From Eledone cirrhosa (Eukaryota): a stretch of DNA of 64,000 bases. The position numbers and the translations under genes were made by a program. The notes under the pieces are model-generated. The model was not told the origin of the DNA, did no database searches, and was given only the letters and a program-made list of their open reading frames with translations. Location of the stretch: NCBI GenBank assembly GCA_964016885.1, contig OZ024742.1, forward strand, positions 55,676,001 to 55,740,000. Reading direction: 5' to 3'. Below are positions 1 through 13,623 of this stretch, in pieces (position 1 is the stretch's first letter; each line of letters begins with the position of its first letter).

Positions 1-880
1 CCAGCAAGCATGCCTTTTGAAGTGTTCCAAAAAGCGGAGCTGGACTAATCTTCTTTAATCATCCTCGGAAACTCTTTTAGATAGTACTTAGTGCGCCTAT
101 GACAATCGGGACGACCTTGACTTCATGGCAGTTCCAAATCCTTTTTAACTCCCACTTTAAATCCTGGTATCGGTTAATTTTCTCCCTCTTCTTTTCTTTC
201 ACTCTCGTTGTCAAATGGGCAGGCCACATCTACAATCAGGCGCGATCTTTTTTCCATTTCCAAAACCACCAGATCAGGCCTATTGTGTTCTAATTTCTCG
301 TCCGTCTGTATCCTAAAATCCCATAGTACCTGCACCTGAACGTTTTCTCTCACCGACTCTGGTTTATGCGCATACCACTTCTCAAACCACGCTGTTGGTG
401 TGCTTGTTCACTAATCTCCTTTTGAACTGTCTCATTCCACACTGCCTGACTATTATGTTCAACATCCTGCTCATATATTCCTCTCCAGTATGTTACATTC
501 TGTCCAGCCTCGGGGATCACGTCGTGCCTCTTTCTTTCCCTTCAAGCTGTTCAAACAACATCTTTTGGTTCTGTCTGTAGACTGACTCTGATCTCGTACC
601 GCCTAATCTTTGCACTTTTTGCTACAATGCGTTGCTTCAGTTCCTCTATGGTAACATTAGCACTTTCCCCCTAGTTTTGTATTTTATTTTCAATCTAGCT
701 TTAGTGTCTATGTTTCGTAATGTCCCATTCAGTAAAAACTCAAGATTTCCAATATCTTTTCTCGTTTCCTCAATTTGACCATCAGTCGTTTCTGCCACCA
801 AGGTTCTGATCTATCCTGTTTGTTGTTTTCTCTCGTGTTTATACGAAGTAATATCCTCACCACATTTACGGTTGCTTTGA
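1..880 (-). mobile_element. R4/Dong-type (restriction-like endonuclease) non-LTR retrotransposon remnant with the RT domain deleted
   Basis: Minus strand 1-390 reads EKWYAHKPESVRENVQVQVLWDFRIQTDEKLEHNRPDLVV...IVDVACPFD...RYQDLKWELKRIWNCHEVKVVPIVIGAL...LQKACLL (RLE motif with frameshifts). 400-880 reads the pre-RT region (EPWWQKRL; IEELKQRIVAKSAKIRRYE). No RT motifs lie between the two. Confidence 0.8.
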
Positions 881-1362
881 ATATATAGTTTTGAAATAAT
901 GATTATAAACAAAAATTTCAAAGCGAATAATATCCCTTTAAATAGGTTTTCCATCACCATAGGGCATAATTTCATTTTCATAATCAATTTTTGTGTCGAA
1001 AAGTTTCAATTGAATTATATCTGTTCATCTAGGTGTGTTTCGTCTTTTCGTATGTCTTTGTTTCATTCAGATTTTCACTTCATATCCCCTCTCAACACAT
1101 TATATCATAAATCTAGACTACCATAAATCTCTATATATTGAAGCAAGTTAAGTCATGCATGTGTTGTTCCTTACGATAATAATATAAGTCGTCCCAATCG
1201 ATAGAAACTTAGAATGAAAGCAAATATCAATACTTTAACATCATTGTTTAATCTACCATGTATTGCCAAAATTACCCCTCCAAACTCTTTGTATTTGTCT
1301 ATAACATCTTAATCGACATTAGCTTTATGCTTTGCCGAAGAGTAACGATATTTTTCCAGGCA

Positions 1363-1397
<35 letters not shown>

Positions 1398-1559
1398 TGT
1401 GCTCATGCGCAGAAACGCTATAAAACGGCTTTTGAAGAACCTTCAAGGCGGAAAATACGTTGCCATCTGTCGCTATGATGAAACGAACTCCTTAGCTCCT
1501 TGTTATCAACAAGGTGTCGTAATCCATTAAGCCAAATTAAGCCAAGGGAACGTGAAAGT

Positions 1560-2090
1560 TTCCTTCTTTTTCACCCACTTATTAATGAGAGGGTCATGGG
1601 AGCAGAGCCCTCAAACACTCTTTTACAGAGATTCTGGCCACCCGTCACATACGAGTCAGCCAGAGATACTTTTCCTATATAAGGCTCTTAATATCTCGGT
1701 ACATACTTCATCCTCTCAAGTGGCTTTGAAACATTTGAGCTCTTTAACAGCTGTTGTAACTTCAACCCCTGAGAGATTAGTCACCGTTCCCAGATGAATG
1801 TCGTAAACATGCTGTTGTGATCAGCTTTAGGATCAGCATAATATTTTGTCCACCTCACGAGGGCATATCACTCTGGAGAGAAAAGAAGCCTAGGCGTTCC
1901 TTATAGCAGATATGGAGGAGGACTTCTTATTACGAAGTTGGCAGACAGTCTGCCAGAACACTTTATTTGCTGATCTGAAGTTGGATTCCAGCTTCAACCC
2001 AAAGTCATCCCATGTCTTACGTTTGGATGCAATTACTATTTCTGCTCTGACTCTTCGCACCTGTTTGTACCACCTTGCCCAAATTATCTC
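1560..2090 (-). mobile_element. Internally deleted RTE-clade LINE fragment
   Basis: Minus strand reads YKQVRRVRAEIVIASKRKTWDDFGLKLESNFRSANKVFWQTV and EVTTAVKELKCFKA..DEVCTEILRAL (pre-RT region), then jumps to the 3' end gagtgtttgagggctctgctcccatgaccctctc...gggtgaaaaagaag, which matches 4356-4415. Confidence 0.75.
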
Positions 2091-2762
2091 ATAATTACTA
2101 TAATTCTAAATCTAAACTATAATAAAGTAAGGACTGCAGGACTACGTACGTTTATTTCTTTTAATCCATTTAGTAAAATAAGTTGGATTACTTTGAATAA
2201 ATAATGAATGAATATTACATAATTTATGTCCTAAATTTCGAAACTAAATTTCGTAAACCTAAATAATTTAAAATTGACATCTTTTCAAAGTTTCATTCAC
2301 ATTTCTACACTTCCGGTATATCGTCGGCACCACCACCACCACCACTTCAACTACTATATATATAGAAAGAGAGTGTGTGTGATGAGAGAGATAAAGAGAT
2401 TATGATTTTCTACACACTGATGCGTATGAGTGTGCACATACATCTATATGTATGAGTATATAACTATTATGAGTATATAACTATAATCGCGCAAACACAA
2501 ACTTATGAAAATAGACGCTCACGGATATTCACGCAAATACACATACATTCACACATACTTTCACACAAACATACATACATTCACACATATACATTTACAC
2601 ATACACATACATACAGTCATGATAGCAGCGTTCAGTGAAATCGAAATGGGAAGGTAAAACAAGTATAACATTTTATTTATTCATTAACTCTTTATTTAGT
2701 TATTAACTCTTTTTTTTTAAACTCATTTAATATAATGGGTACAGAACGAAAACATTAACAAA

Positions 2763-2946
2763 TATAATTGTTTCTACTTCTAGCACAAGGCCAGCAATTA
2801 GCCCAGTGCATTACTGGTACTTAATTTTATCGACCCCGTAAGGATGAAAGGCAAAGTTAACCTCGATGGGATTTGAACTCAGACCGTAAAGTGACGTAAC
2901 TATGCTGGAAAGCATGGCGTCCGACCCTCTACCGATACTGCCAATT
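2763..2946 (-). mobile_element. tRNA-derived SINE, family 1
   Basis: Reverse complement shows A-box tggcagtatcgg, B-box gagttcaaatcc and body aactttgcctttcatccttacggggtcgataaaattaagtacc. More than 10 copies occur in the window. Confidence 0.85.
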
Positions 2947-3739
2947 CAATATAAAATATACAAAGGAAAGGGAAAGGAAAAAGAGGAAAGAGAAAAAATA
3001 CACAAGCACGTAATACTCACATCTTAGACCACATAGATCACATAGAACAAAATGCAGACGAAAGAGTGGAAAAACGAGCCTCTACCAGAGCAAAAGATAG
3101 CTATATAGCGAGGAGCACTGGGAAAACTCTCTAATAATTGTTTAGGTAGGCCAGCACGCTCGCATCGTTACCTGGGGTGATGGCGACGCTTAGGTGCAGG
3201 AACAACCAAGTGACCACCCGAGCATCACCAGTTTACTCTGTTTGGCGAGCCGCCAGAGGAGATAAGAACCTCGCTGTCCTTAGCCCGACTCCCCCAAACG
3301 TCTCGAACGCCACAGGCTGGATAATGTAGTTAGCTGACAGAACACGGTATTTTAGGATTTTGTTCCGTTTAGCTGCGGATACTGTAGCTCTCGCCCTTAC
3401 TGCTGCATCCAGAATATGGGAAGAAGCAAAAGAGTCACTAACTGTGAGGTCCTAGGTAAGGCACCTGCCTCTTGACCAGGGGCACAGAGTAAGACAGTCA
3501 ACTGTTTTCCCATCAATTCCGGACAACCCAGATGGTTCCAAAATTGAGGGGATGTTTACCCTGGCCAAAGCTCTTAAGTGGTAATAGGACAGTGTGTGTA
3601 TGTGCGCGCGCGTGAGTTTGTCAGCGTTCTTAAATGAGAGACACGTGTGTGTGTCACTGGTTTTAAGTTAAACACATATATGTGTGTATCCCTTTCCTTT
3701 CTTTTACACACACATACATTCACACAAACACATATACAC

Positions 3740-4416
3740 AATGCGTGATGGATGGCTGGACAGAAGTCCCTCAAATTTATACCCATGTGAATGGAGTTCT
3801 ACTGAAGCAGTTTGAGAAATTCAAGTATCTTGTAGCCGTGTTCATGAGTGATGGAGTGCAGGAGGATGAATTAAGTACAAGAATTGCAAAAGCTGATGCA
3901 GTAATGCGCCAGCCTCAGCATTCAGCAATCAGATGAAGGGGGGTAAGTTGAAAAGCCAAACTCGCTGTCTTCCTGGTATTCCTGACAACTCTTACCGAGG
4001 ATCAGGAATCTTGAGCAATGACCAAAAGAATACAATTGCAAATAAAAGCGGCAGAAATGGGATTCCTGCGAGGGTCTTTGGAGTAACGTTGCTCGATAAA
4101 GTGCATAGCTCAGAGACCAGAGAGTCACTCCTGGCAGAGCCGCTACTTCTCGGAATTGAGAGATCACATCTCCTATATTATGAGCATGTGGTTAGAATGT
4201 CTCAGTAAACAATCGCTGGACATATTTTACAGTTAAAACCAACCGACAAGAGACCCAGAGGTAGACCCTGAGCAAGATAGTTGGATAACATCCATGAGCT
4301 TTGGGATCCAGCTGGATCAGTTAGCGATGTTTGCTACTGAGAGACTCGCTGGTAGGAGTGTTTGAGAAGGACTCTGCTCCCACGACCCTCTCAGAAATAA
4401 GAGGGTGAAGAAGAAG
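3740..4416 (+). mobile_element. 5'-truncated RTE-clade LINE (C-terminal part of ORF, GAA tail)
   Basis: VNGVLLKQFEKFKYLVAVFMSDG...RIAKADAVMRQ; GVTLLDKVHSSETRESLLAEPLLLGIERSHL.YEHVVRM; PTDKRPRGRP; ends gggtgaagaagaag. Confidence 0.85.
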
Positions 4417-4729
4417 ATATCGTCAATTTACTTTTCAATTTACATATATCTATATGCATATATATATGTGTATAATACTAATATGGACACTACACATTCC
4501 AGCAGAAAACCGCCCGAGGGCGTTGTTTCTGCTAGTAATAATAAAGCTTACTCATTTTGGAACAAGGTTCAATATTTGTGGGATTAAATCGACCCCAATG
4601 ATTTGCTGCTATTTTTTTTTTTTAAATCGAAAGAATAAACGACAAATTTGACCTGTTTGGTATTTGAACTCAGAATGTAAAGAACTGACTTATAAATAAA
4701 TATCCATTGAACATCATCCAAGTCCAATC

Positions 4730-4995
4730 TGTTTTCCAATAGAAATTTATAAGACTACATAAAACACAAGAAATTGTAAAGATGTTATTTAATTTATATT
4801 TATAAATCTAGAAAAGACACTAGATAGTGCTAAGATCTTGTTCAATTGACAGTTATATGCCTTCCTAAACACTAGAAAATCCTAATATGTCGTTCAATTA
4901 ACATTTGTATGCTAACATAAGACACCAATGAGTGTTAAACAGTTGTTCAATTGAGATTTATAAGCTTACATAAGACACTAGAGAGTGCTAAGATG
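4730..4995. repeat. Degenerate minisatellite, about 5 units of 52-53 bp
   Basis: gttcaatt recurs at 4840, 4892 and 4945; aagacactaga(t/g)agtgctaagat recurs at about 4814 and 4971. Confidence 0.7.
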
Positions 4996-5624
4996 GAAAT
5001 GTGAATACTTGTTTCACGTTTAGCTTAACTATGCAATATGATCCTCAATCAAATACAAATATATTCATAATTAACGTCATGTTCGCCGTAAACATCCCGT
5101 TCCAATTGCTTGAGACCAAAAATATTTTCTAGAGTTGAGAAAGAAGCATTTCTCCTCCTCCCGTAATGAACAAATTATCTTGCGATTATATTTTATTCGC
5201 ATAAATATAAACTTTATACCTTATTTCAAATACACTTCGTTCGTTATATAAAAATAATTGATGCTTACAAGAGGTGAGATAGACAAAATATGAAATGAAA
5301 ATTAAAAAGAAGAAAATATGTCTAAAATCCTTAACATATATTTACTATGCCAAACTGGATAACAATTTTAAATAGATATATTATGTGATTGATGCTCGCC
5401 TAAGCTCCAAAGACCCCAAGCTATTGTTGTGAAGATATATATCACACTCTACCTTTGTCAAGTCTAAACAATAACTTTTCCAAACACTCACTTTACTTTT
5501 CTTTAAAAACAACACCCACCTAGTTTTATGTCTACCTTATACTTGGATTTGGGGGCCTCTGTTGTATATATATATATATGCACTTGTGCGTACATATATA
5601 TATATATACACACACCTGTATGGA

Positions 5625-5920
5625 TTTGTGTGTGTAGATGTGTGTGTGTCTGAGGGGGTAGGTGTGAGTGTATGTACAGTCAACCAACATAAGTCTTTTT
5701 ATGTCTAAATTTTCTAAACTAAGTATTTGACTCTAACCATTATTTTAAGTATTACCATCCCAGATTAATTCTTCAATTTGTATGTGTGGATGTGTGTGTG
5801 TGTCTGTGGAGGTGGGTGTGAGTGCATGTGCAAGCCAACCTACATAAGTCTTTTTATTTGTAAATTTTCTACTCTAACCATAATTTTCAGTAGCACCACT
5901 CCACATAAATTCCTCAATTT
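5625..5920. repeat. Diverged tandem duplication of about 150 bp, upstream of a hammerhead-bearing element end
   Basis: ggtgtgagtg...acataagtcttttt...aaattttcta...ctctaaccat...tcaattt occurs twice. Confidence 0.75.
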
Positions 5921-6226
5921 AAGAATGACCTGTAGTATCTGTTTCATACTATTAACCTTAATTGAATATATATCTGACCAGGAATGCTTTTTGTGAAAAT
6001 CAGTAATATGGAACTATTGTCATCTTCCCTGACAGTTTGAACTTTACAACACCACCTGCCTCTTTGAGGTCAAATACCAACCCTACTAGCATCTACAAAC
6101 TGACCAATGAGAATTAAGACTATTCCTGCTGACAACATTAAATTATTCCTAACAAGCTCATATGTCCCAAGGCTCTGATACCATCAACACTATAAACACA
6201 GAGCTGGCATATCTAAGAATTGACTA

Positions 6227-6282
6227 ACTGCCTGATGAGGTCATAGCTATTCAATGGCTATCATCGAAATATATATAGCAGT
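6227..6282 (+). ncRNA. Type I minimal hammerhead ribozyme (PLE pLTR type), family A
   Basis: actgc-CTGATGA-ggtcatagcta/ttcaa/tggctatcatc-GAAA-tatata-TA-gcagt, followed by AATAAA. Stem I is actgc/gcagt and stem III is palindromic. Confidence 0.85.
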
Positions 6283-6422
6283 AAATAAAGGATTATGAGT
6301 TCATGAAATTGACTTACGTTTCGTCACTATATATATATATATATACAAGAAGGAAGTACAGCATAATCCAAGCTCTGGTTGCAGCCAAGCTAACGAATGC
6401 AGTCAGGATGTGCAGTTAAATC

Positions 6423-6449
6423 ACTCAATAAGGAATTTTACCTTAGAGT
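6423..6449 (-). ncRNA. Conserved bulged hairpin of PLE 3' tails
   Basis: Minus strand: tata-ACTC-taagg-taaaatt-cctta-TT-GAGT. Confidence 0.7.
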
Positions 6450-7162
6450 TATAACATTACGTTTAGACAGCTATGCAAATTGAAGACAGCGACCGATAAA
6501 CGAGCCGCTAAGACCAGAACAACGAAAGAAACCGACCCAGGAGAAAAAAATATATATATATGAATGTATCTATCCATATGTCTGTTTGTGTATGCAACAC
6601 GAAATAGTAGGTAAATAACAAAGTGAGGAAGTAGACATGGTAAATTCTTAGGTTAGTTATAGTGCTGTGATTACAAAGCTAAGTCTCAAACCATTCTCGT
6701 TCACGAAACCAGCTAATCTTTTAGAATTAGTTTGCAAATTATAAATATTCCCAAATAAACGATATACAATTTATGTTAAATTGTTAAAGACAAGTCGGAA
6801 ATAGTTCACGGCTTGGTTTAAAAGCTTATTGTAATTTGAATCAATATACTGCGCTTCCACTTACAATAACACCAAAGATAGATATGTGTTTTTGTTATAG
6901 TTTTATTCTCTTAACAGAGTTGATTAAATAATGAACAAGTGTGTAACGAAGTCTATCAATCAACTGGACTTCCAACTCTAATAACAATTATCATGTCTGT
7001 GGGGAAAATTCAACATTCTGTGCAGAGAGAATAATAAAATAATATATTTTGTGGGTATAATTAAGAGGCAGTTGGACAAAAATTTCATGTGAACTAATAA
7101 TATATGTTGGAATGATGTATTGTTCACGCTCAGAAATGGTATTTCCCCGTAAAATATGTAGT

Positions 7163-7229
<67 letters not shown>

Positions 7230-7281
7230 CATACATATATATATGTATGTATATATAATATATATATATGTTTATATATAT

Positions 7282-7620
7282 ATTACACAATAATCAAAGC
7301 TATGTTCAAATCCTTTTATTGCTGACAATCGTTTCTTACAAACTTTTCTTTGTACAATTCTCTTGTAATCTATGTGGCATCCATTCCACTCTGTAAATAC
7401 GAAACTGTTGTTGACAACATTAATATCCATGTATCTATATGATTGTTCAGTTGAATAGGTGGTTAATTATATGTACAAACATTGCTAGTGCTCCTATGAT
7501 CCAAACGAAAGTTTGGAGGAAACGATTGTCAGCAATAAATGATTTGAATATAGCTTTAATTATTGTGTAATTTATATTCCTGCTCTGTAAAACATCTGAT
7601 GTCTTTACATTGAGCTATTT
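7282..7620. mobile_element. Fold-back PLE end (arms about 7282-7346 and 7508-7571) with a degenerate hammerhead (7489-7534, +) and bulged hairpin (7582-7615, +)
   Basis: tgct-cctatga-tccaaac/gaaa/gtttgga-g-GAAA-cgattg-TC-agca-ATAAA, then GCTC-tgtaaa...tttaca-TT-GAGC. The left arm abuts (TA)n. Confidence 0.75.
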
Positions 7621-7729
7621 TTCTTACTGGTAATAAGGTAGTAATGAATTACTGACCTTTCCTGTTGTATATAGTGTATAACTATAAATAGTATTGTTAT
7701 TATTATATCTATATATGTATATATGTATA

Positions 7730-7805
<76 letters not shown>

Positions 7806-7829
7806 TATACATCCTATTCCTCCTCCTGC

Positions 7830-8540
7830 TCATCATCATCATCATAATCATTTAACGTCTACGTTTCCACGCTTGCATGGCTTAAACGGATTGCCACGGT
7901 ATGTGACAAAAACCAACTTGCTCATACGGATCTGTATTTTACCTTGTTTTCTACAAATGGATACCTTGCGTAACACAAACCCTATTACAATTTGAACTAG
8001 ATGCTTTTTCTCGTGGAACCGAAATGACCACCTAAAGAGGGTTGACTGGTTGCTTTTTGTCGTGTCATCAAACAACCACCTTACAGTGGAATTGGAGGAT
8101 TTTGTCGTATTCCCAACTCGACCACGTAACAGTATGGCCTGGGTGATATTTGTTGTGAGAACATTAGATGTAGAGCATGTCAAGCATTCAAGTTTACATG
8201 CAGGAATTGGGCAAGCTTGGTGTATCAAAGGTGAGCGTTTGCAGGGGAAGACAGGTAAGTTCAACAAAGATGAGGTGCGTGGGATATTTAGCTGTTCAGG
8301 GCAGGGTTTAAAGCCTGAAGAGAGTAAATTAGGATAAACATTTTAAATCAATGTGACCTGTTTGAACTAAATGTAGGATGAGTTTGAGTTTTGAGTACCA
8401 CTTGTATCATAAACAACCACTACGGATAGAGATAATGGCTTGCGATTTAAAGTGAATCCAGGTTACGATATTTTGAAAGAGGTTGGAAAGCAGCATACCA
8501 GGTCCTCACAGACTTAAGATGGATTCACTTGGAAGTGAAA
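7830..8540 (-). mobile_element. Old LINE/SINE 3' remnant with (CAT)n end
   Basis: (CAT)n followed by tttaacgtctacgtttccacgcttgcatgg, plus decayed coding-like sequence; clade not assignable. Confidence 0.35.
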
Positions 8541-9435
8541 GTATTGATTTTCTAAAATAATAAAATAACTTTTTTATATACACATACGCATACACACAAA
8601 CACACACATATCTATATACATACGTACATACACATGTACTTATAAATACATACGTATATACGAAATTCAAAGAAATATTTTACCCACAGCTGGTCGCTTT
8701 TGTCCGTCTTCAGGCGTGTTTCTCTGATTTTCTAATGTTATTTCAGTTAGGCTTGTATAGCAACCAACACAATTTAGGTTCAAAATGGTTTTAGTACCAT
8801 TTTCACATATCTTCGATGGCTTCCGAGAACCGCGGTTGTAATTACGGCTATGACTACAAAAATCTGAACGCTGTTAATAACATGTACGCATATGTATATA
8901 CGTTTACGAATATTTTTCATTATTTCTAGCTTTGTAACATTACTTACGTATCTACTTAACCACTACAGTTCTACGCTATAGTGTGCTATATAAATATATC
9001 ACTAACACTTAAATGGCTTTTAGAATTATTGAGGGTCTCTTTAACATAATTATGGAATTTGCTTTTAGAATGAATTCGTGATACGTTAAAATTCACACAT
9101 TCTATGCATGATCACATACTCCAACACGTCGTTCACTGATTTGCAGGACATTGATAGAGATGGAAGCAGGCAATTATGCACAGCCTAGTATTGTGGGAAC
9201 CAACTCACGGGGGATGCAGGTGAAGAAGACCTGATCGAACGTTCAACGGTCAGGTTACAGACGATACAAACCCCAGGAGAGAGCAGTTGCCAGAAGCAAT
9301 GGAATATCATCAACTTTGGAGAGACTTTTAAAATAACATGTTCATGCTAATCTATATTTACAATGGCACTTGAATTTACTTATCAAAGTTAGTGTTGACA
9401 TATATCTTCATTTTTCTAAAGAACGTGTATATATA

Positions 9436-9818
<383 letters not shown>

Positions 9819-9819
9819 C

Positions 9820-10619
9820 TATATTATATTTTGAGAATAAACTCTCAGTCGTTTACAATAATCCAGCTCCAAGAAAAGGGGCATTTCCGAGCAGTTAAAT
9901 ACATTAAAATATATGATAAACACAAAACGTGTTTGCATTGCAACAGACAAAGTTAGCTATTAATGAAATAAACTAATTAAAGTGAATACAATTTGTCTGT
10001 CTCGATATAAGTCAATAAAGACAAGCTTATATTGGCAAAGGCCATGGTTCCTGGACAAATTTAAATTTCAAAATCCAAACCTGCTCCGTAGATGAATTTG
10101 AACCTCGAAACCTAAATACGTTTCGCAACGGTGGTACGTGAATTGAAAAATAAAGAGAATCGAAATGGAATCGAAATAAAAATTGAAATATCCAAATCTT
10201 CTGTGCTTATCAACAGGAACTCAGTAAAATTAGTATATTCCACATCAAAAATTTAGCAGGTCTGACTACACGTGTGCAGCCAGGCTAATTTTACTGGGTT
10301 CCTGTTGATAAGCACAGAAGATTTGGATATTTCACTTTTTATTTCAATTCCATTTCGATTCTCTTTATTTTTCAATTCACGTACCACCGTTGCGAAACGT
10401 ATTTAGGTTTCGAGGTTCAAATTCATCTACGGAGCAGGTTTGGATTTTGAAATTTAAATTTGTCCAGGAACCATGGCCTTCGCCAATATAAGCTTGTCTT
10501 TATTGACTTATATCGAGACAGACAAATTGTATTCACTTTAATTAGTTTATTTCATTAATAGCTAACTTTGTCTGTTGCAATGCAAACACGTTTTGTGTTT
10601 ATCATATATTTTAATGTAT
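9820..10619. mobile_element. Near-perfect fold-back element (arms 9899-10233 and 10285-10619, about 335 bp) with bulged hairpin 9866-9892 (-) in the left-arm tail
   Basis: The arms are reverse complements with few substitutions around a 51-bp spacer. The right arm runs into (TA)n. The left tail on minus reads GCTC-ggaaa-tgcccct-tttct-TG-GAGC. Confidence 0.9.
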
Positions 10620-10620
10620 A

Positions 10621-10679
<59 letters not shown>

Positions 10680-10683
<4 letters not shown>

Positions 10684-10960
10684 ATATTACATAAATGGAA
10701 ACTATATTTATAAAACCATATTTATTTTATTATATATATGTCAAGGGTACCAAAAGACTTTGGCACGCTTTCTTCAGATACAATACAAAGTTTTTTTTTA
10801 TAAATAAAGACATCCAGAGATTATCCAACTGATAAGGTATGATTGTCATGACTATGTCTCTAATTATGAAACGAACTTTGTATTTTATCTGAGAAAGCGT
10901 ACCAAAGTCTTTTGGTACCTTGAAATATAAATAATAAAATAAATATCGTTTTATAAATAT
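10680..10960. mobile_element. Fold-back PLE end, family B, with two damaged hammerheads (10725-10783 -, 10883-10939 +)
   Basis: Plus arm: ttttat-CTGA-GA-aagcgtaccaaa/gtct/tttggtacctt-GAAA-tataaa-TA-ataaaa. The minus arm has CTGAAGA but GACA. An intact-core copy lies at 18175-18231. Confidence 0.8.
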
Positions 10961-10964
10961 AGGT

Positions 10965-12200
10965 TAGATGCACTGTAAATATTGTGGCTAGTTACAGTGC
11001 ATCTACATATAACCCTATCAGTCAAGCAGTATCCTTTAAGTGGACAGCGTCCTCTGTCGTGGCAGTTGCAATTTCTGTCGCGGTTCCATCTATTTCCCAC
11101 GGTAAGGCTATCATTGTTGCTGCATACGTTGGAACCTACGCTTCCGCAGCTGTCGTTAGCACCATTACAACCCATTGCAATTGCAGACTGATAGGGTTAT
11201 ATATAGATGCACTGTAACTAGCCACAATAGCGTTAAACATTATATAGGGACTACCTCCGGCCCGTTCAAAATTAGGTTTCGAACACATCTCCACTCTTTC
11301 ACAAATAAAAAACTAAGACACTCCACTTCGCTCGCAGACTACATCACATCACTAAATGACTTAAACATCAGCTTCTCCACGCACTCGCATAGTGTCGGCA
11401 GGGCTGCACCGTACAACTTCAAGAGGAAATGCGATCTTTGCCTCATTGAGCTCTATCACATCATAACTGCACACCACGAGCTCATCAACAGCAGAGCTGA
11501 AACAGCGATAAGTTGTACACATCGCTTAAAAATATCCTTCTTCAGATGGGTTAAAGATGAGGAGTTAAAACGTGCACCGGATCTCCCTGCAACAAGTCGT
11601 AACACCCCGGGGGACAGGCGCTGCAAAATAACACCCAGGAAACTAACCTTGCATACCAGACCCATCCTCAAACGACTCAGACAAACAGATGCGACAACAA
11701 ACGTCTCAAAATAAACGTTGGTTACATGGCCCTGTGCGTATCGACAATGGTAAGGTTGTAACCTCATCTTGTATCGGATAAAAATTTGTCCGGGAAAGAC
11801 TGCGCTAACACCGGCCAGAGTTACCTCCCTTGACCTGCTGCAAAATCAAAACAAGCTATTTTTGCGAGCAATGAACCTTGACGTGAATTTAACCCCAAAA
11901 ACTCTTTCCGAGCAATGTAAGGAACACTTTTGCTTATTTATGCCCTTGTGAAACCCAACTGGGCGAAACGTACGTAGGCGCAGTTTTAAATAAACATGTT
12001 TTAACGGTCTATTCTCCGATTTCTTACTTTCTCACGTGCTTACGCTCTGCTAACTTTCTATCCCACTAAATATTAACACTTCGAGTATTTAATACTGCCG
12101 GCACTAGTATCGGGCACCTTGGGCATACGCTACTTGGCAAATGACTATATGTATCACCTATCCTCCCCTTTTTTCTCTCTCTCAATACGTAAATACTGTA
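10965..12200 (+). mobile_element. 5'-truncated Penelope-like element: GIY-YIG endonuclease with inverted 5' piece, 3' UTR and degenerate hammerhead
   Basis: 11186-11714 (+): VIYRCTV...HYIGTTSGPFKIRFRTHLHSF...STSLADYI...CDLCLIE...LINSRAE..SCTH. 10979-11185 (-): RNCNCHDRGRCPLKGYCL linker. 11941-11980: tgcc-cttgtga-aaccca/ac/tgggc-GAAA-cgtacg-TA-ggcg, then AATAAA. Confidence 0.9.
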
Positions 12201-12561
12201 TATATATATAAATGAAAGGTATAGAAAACATTGTAGCGAAAAGCCAACAGTATTCCATAATATATATATATATATATATATATATTTGTAATATTCCCTA
12301 ACGTATAAGAATTTTAGACTATAAATTTAATTCCTGCTTCTATTATTATTGTTATATTATCACTACTGCCACTGTTACTACCATGGTCACTGGGGCCAAC
12401 TGCCATTCCTACCAAAATCATCGGTTATTGTTATTACTGAAAAATATTCCGACTGACACAGCAACATACATACACGTAAAAGTTGAAGCCAAATCTCAGA
12501 TAATGGCGCCACTAAGGAACTCAATACACTTGATGATGGAGTGGTGAGGCTAAATCTGACT

Positions 12562-12632
<71 letters not shown>

Positions 12633-12637
<5 letters not shown>

Positions 12638-13125
12638 GTGTGGGATGCTTCAAGCTTCCGTAAGCGGTGGGCCGTTTGAGCACTCGATGCTTTTACAGAG
12701 CAGAGTACGATATCACATAAGAAACGGAAAATCAATGTTGCGACGAATAAAATTTATTAGACATATTACAATCGTTTCTCTGGCGACCAGCTCGAGGCAC
12801 GATCGATATATGATCGAACCTAACTCTGAAATCGCAAGGTCCTCAGATACGTCTCGATTCTACGAAGCAGAGTTTCCCAATGTCCAGTTACACCTGCGGC
12901 CCTCACTCGGCAGCTTAGATCCTGTTGTTGTCATTGTATGGTGTAACTGGTCATTTGGAAACTCTGCTTCGTAGAATCGAGAAGTATCTGAGGACCTTGC
13001 GATTTCAGAGTCGGGTTCGATCATTACATCGATCGTGCCTCGAACTGGTCGCCTGAGAAACGATTGTAATATGTCCAATAAATTTTATTCGTCGCAACAT
13101 TGATTCTTTGTTTCTTATGTGATAT
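12633..13125. mobile_element. Fold-back PLE end (arms 12710-12894 and 12940-13124) with long-stem-II hammerheads (12760-12853 -, 12984-13075 +) and bulged hairpin 12680-12708 (-)
   Basis: gacgtat-CTGAGGA-[62 nt]-GAAA-cgattg-TA-atatgtc-AATAAA. Tail: gtACTC-tgct-ctgtaaa-agca-TC-GAGTgc. Both ends lie in (TA)n. Confidence 0.85.
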
Positions 13126-13298
13126 ATATATATACCCATTTTAATGATGCTGTGAGGCTGTTTATTCTAAGTCATATGTTACCGGTGCTTTGAGAGACCA
13201 ACACAAAATATTAGCTCGGAAAATATCAACAAATCGAAAAACAAAAGTGAACTTTATTTCTTCTTTATATTTTTCTTTCTTTTCTGTTCAACTTCTAA

Positions 13299-13355
13299 CT
13301 GTCTGATGAGGTCATACCTGTAGCATAATGGTTATCATCGAAATTTATATAATAG
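13299..13355 (+). ncRNA. Degenerate hammerhead, family A
   Basis: ctgt-CTGATGA-ggtcata...ttatcatc-GAAA-tttata-TA-atag; same stem II family as 6227-6282. Confidence 0.65.
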
Positions 13356-13590
13356 ATATTATGAATAAATGAAGTGGATTATAGCCTGTTGACTAGCACC
13401 TCATATTTATATATGTATACACCGTAATATTATATGACAGATGTGTACGAAAATACGAGGAAACTTGAAATGATATGTGTTTGACTATTTGAAAATAAGT
13501 TTTCAAACCCCATTCTTTTTTATCATTTTACTTATATAACTTGATCTGTATAGACCGTTTTCTAATGTCCACACTTTTTCACTATATATA

Positions 13591-13623
<33 letters not shown>

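Noticed and set aside
4730-4995. CRISPR-like regularly spaced repeats
   Set aside because: The whole 52-53 bp unit is homologous with no unique spacers; the context is eukaryotic and there are no cas genes.
9218-9262. GTGAAGA followed by a 10-bp hairpin, resembling a hammerhead
   Set aside because: No GAAA, UH or stem I; ggtgaagaag matches the RTE 3' terminus seen elsewhere.
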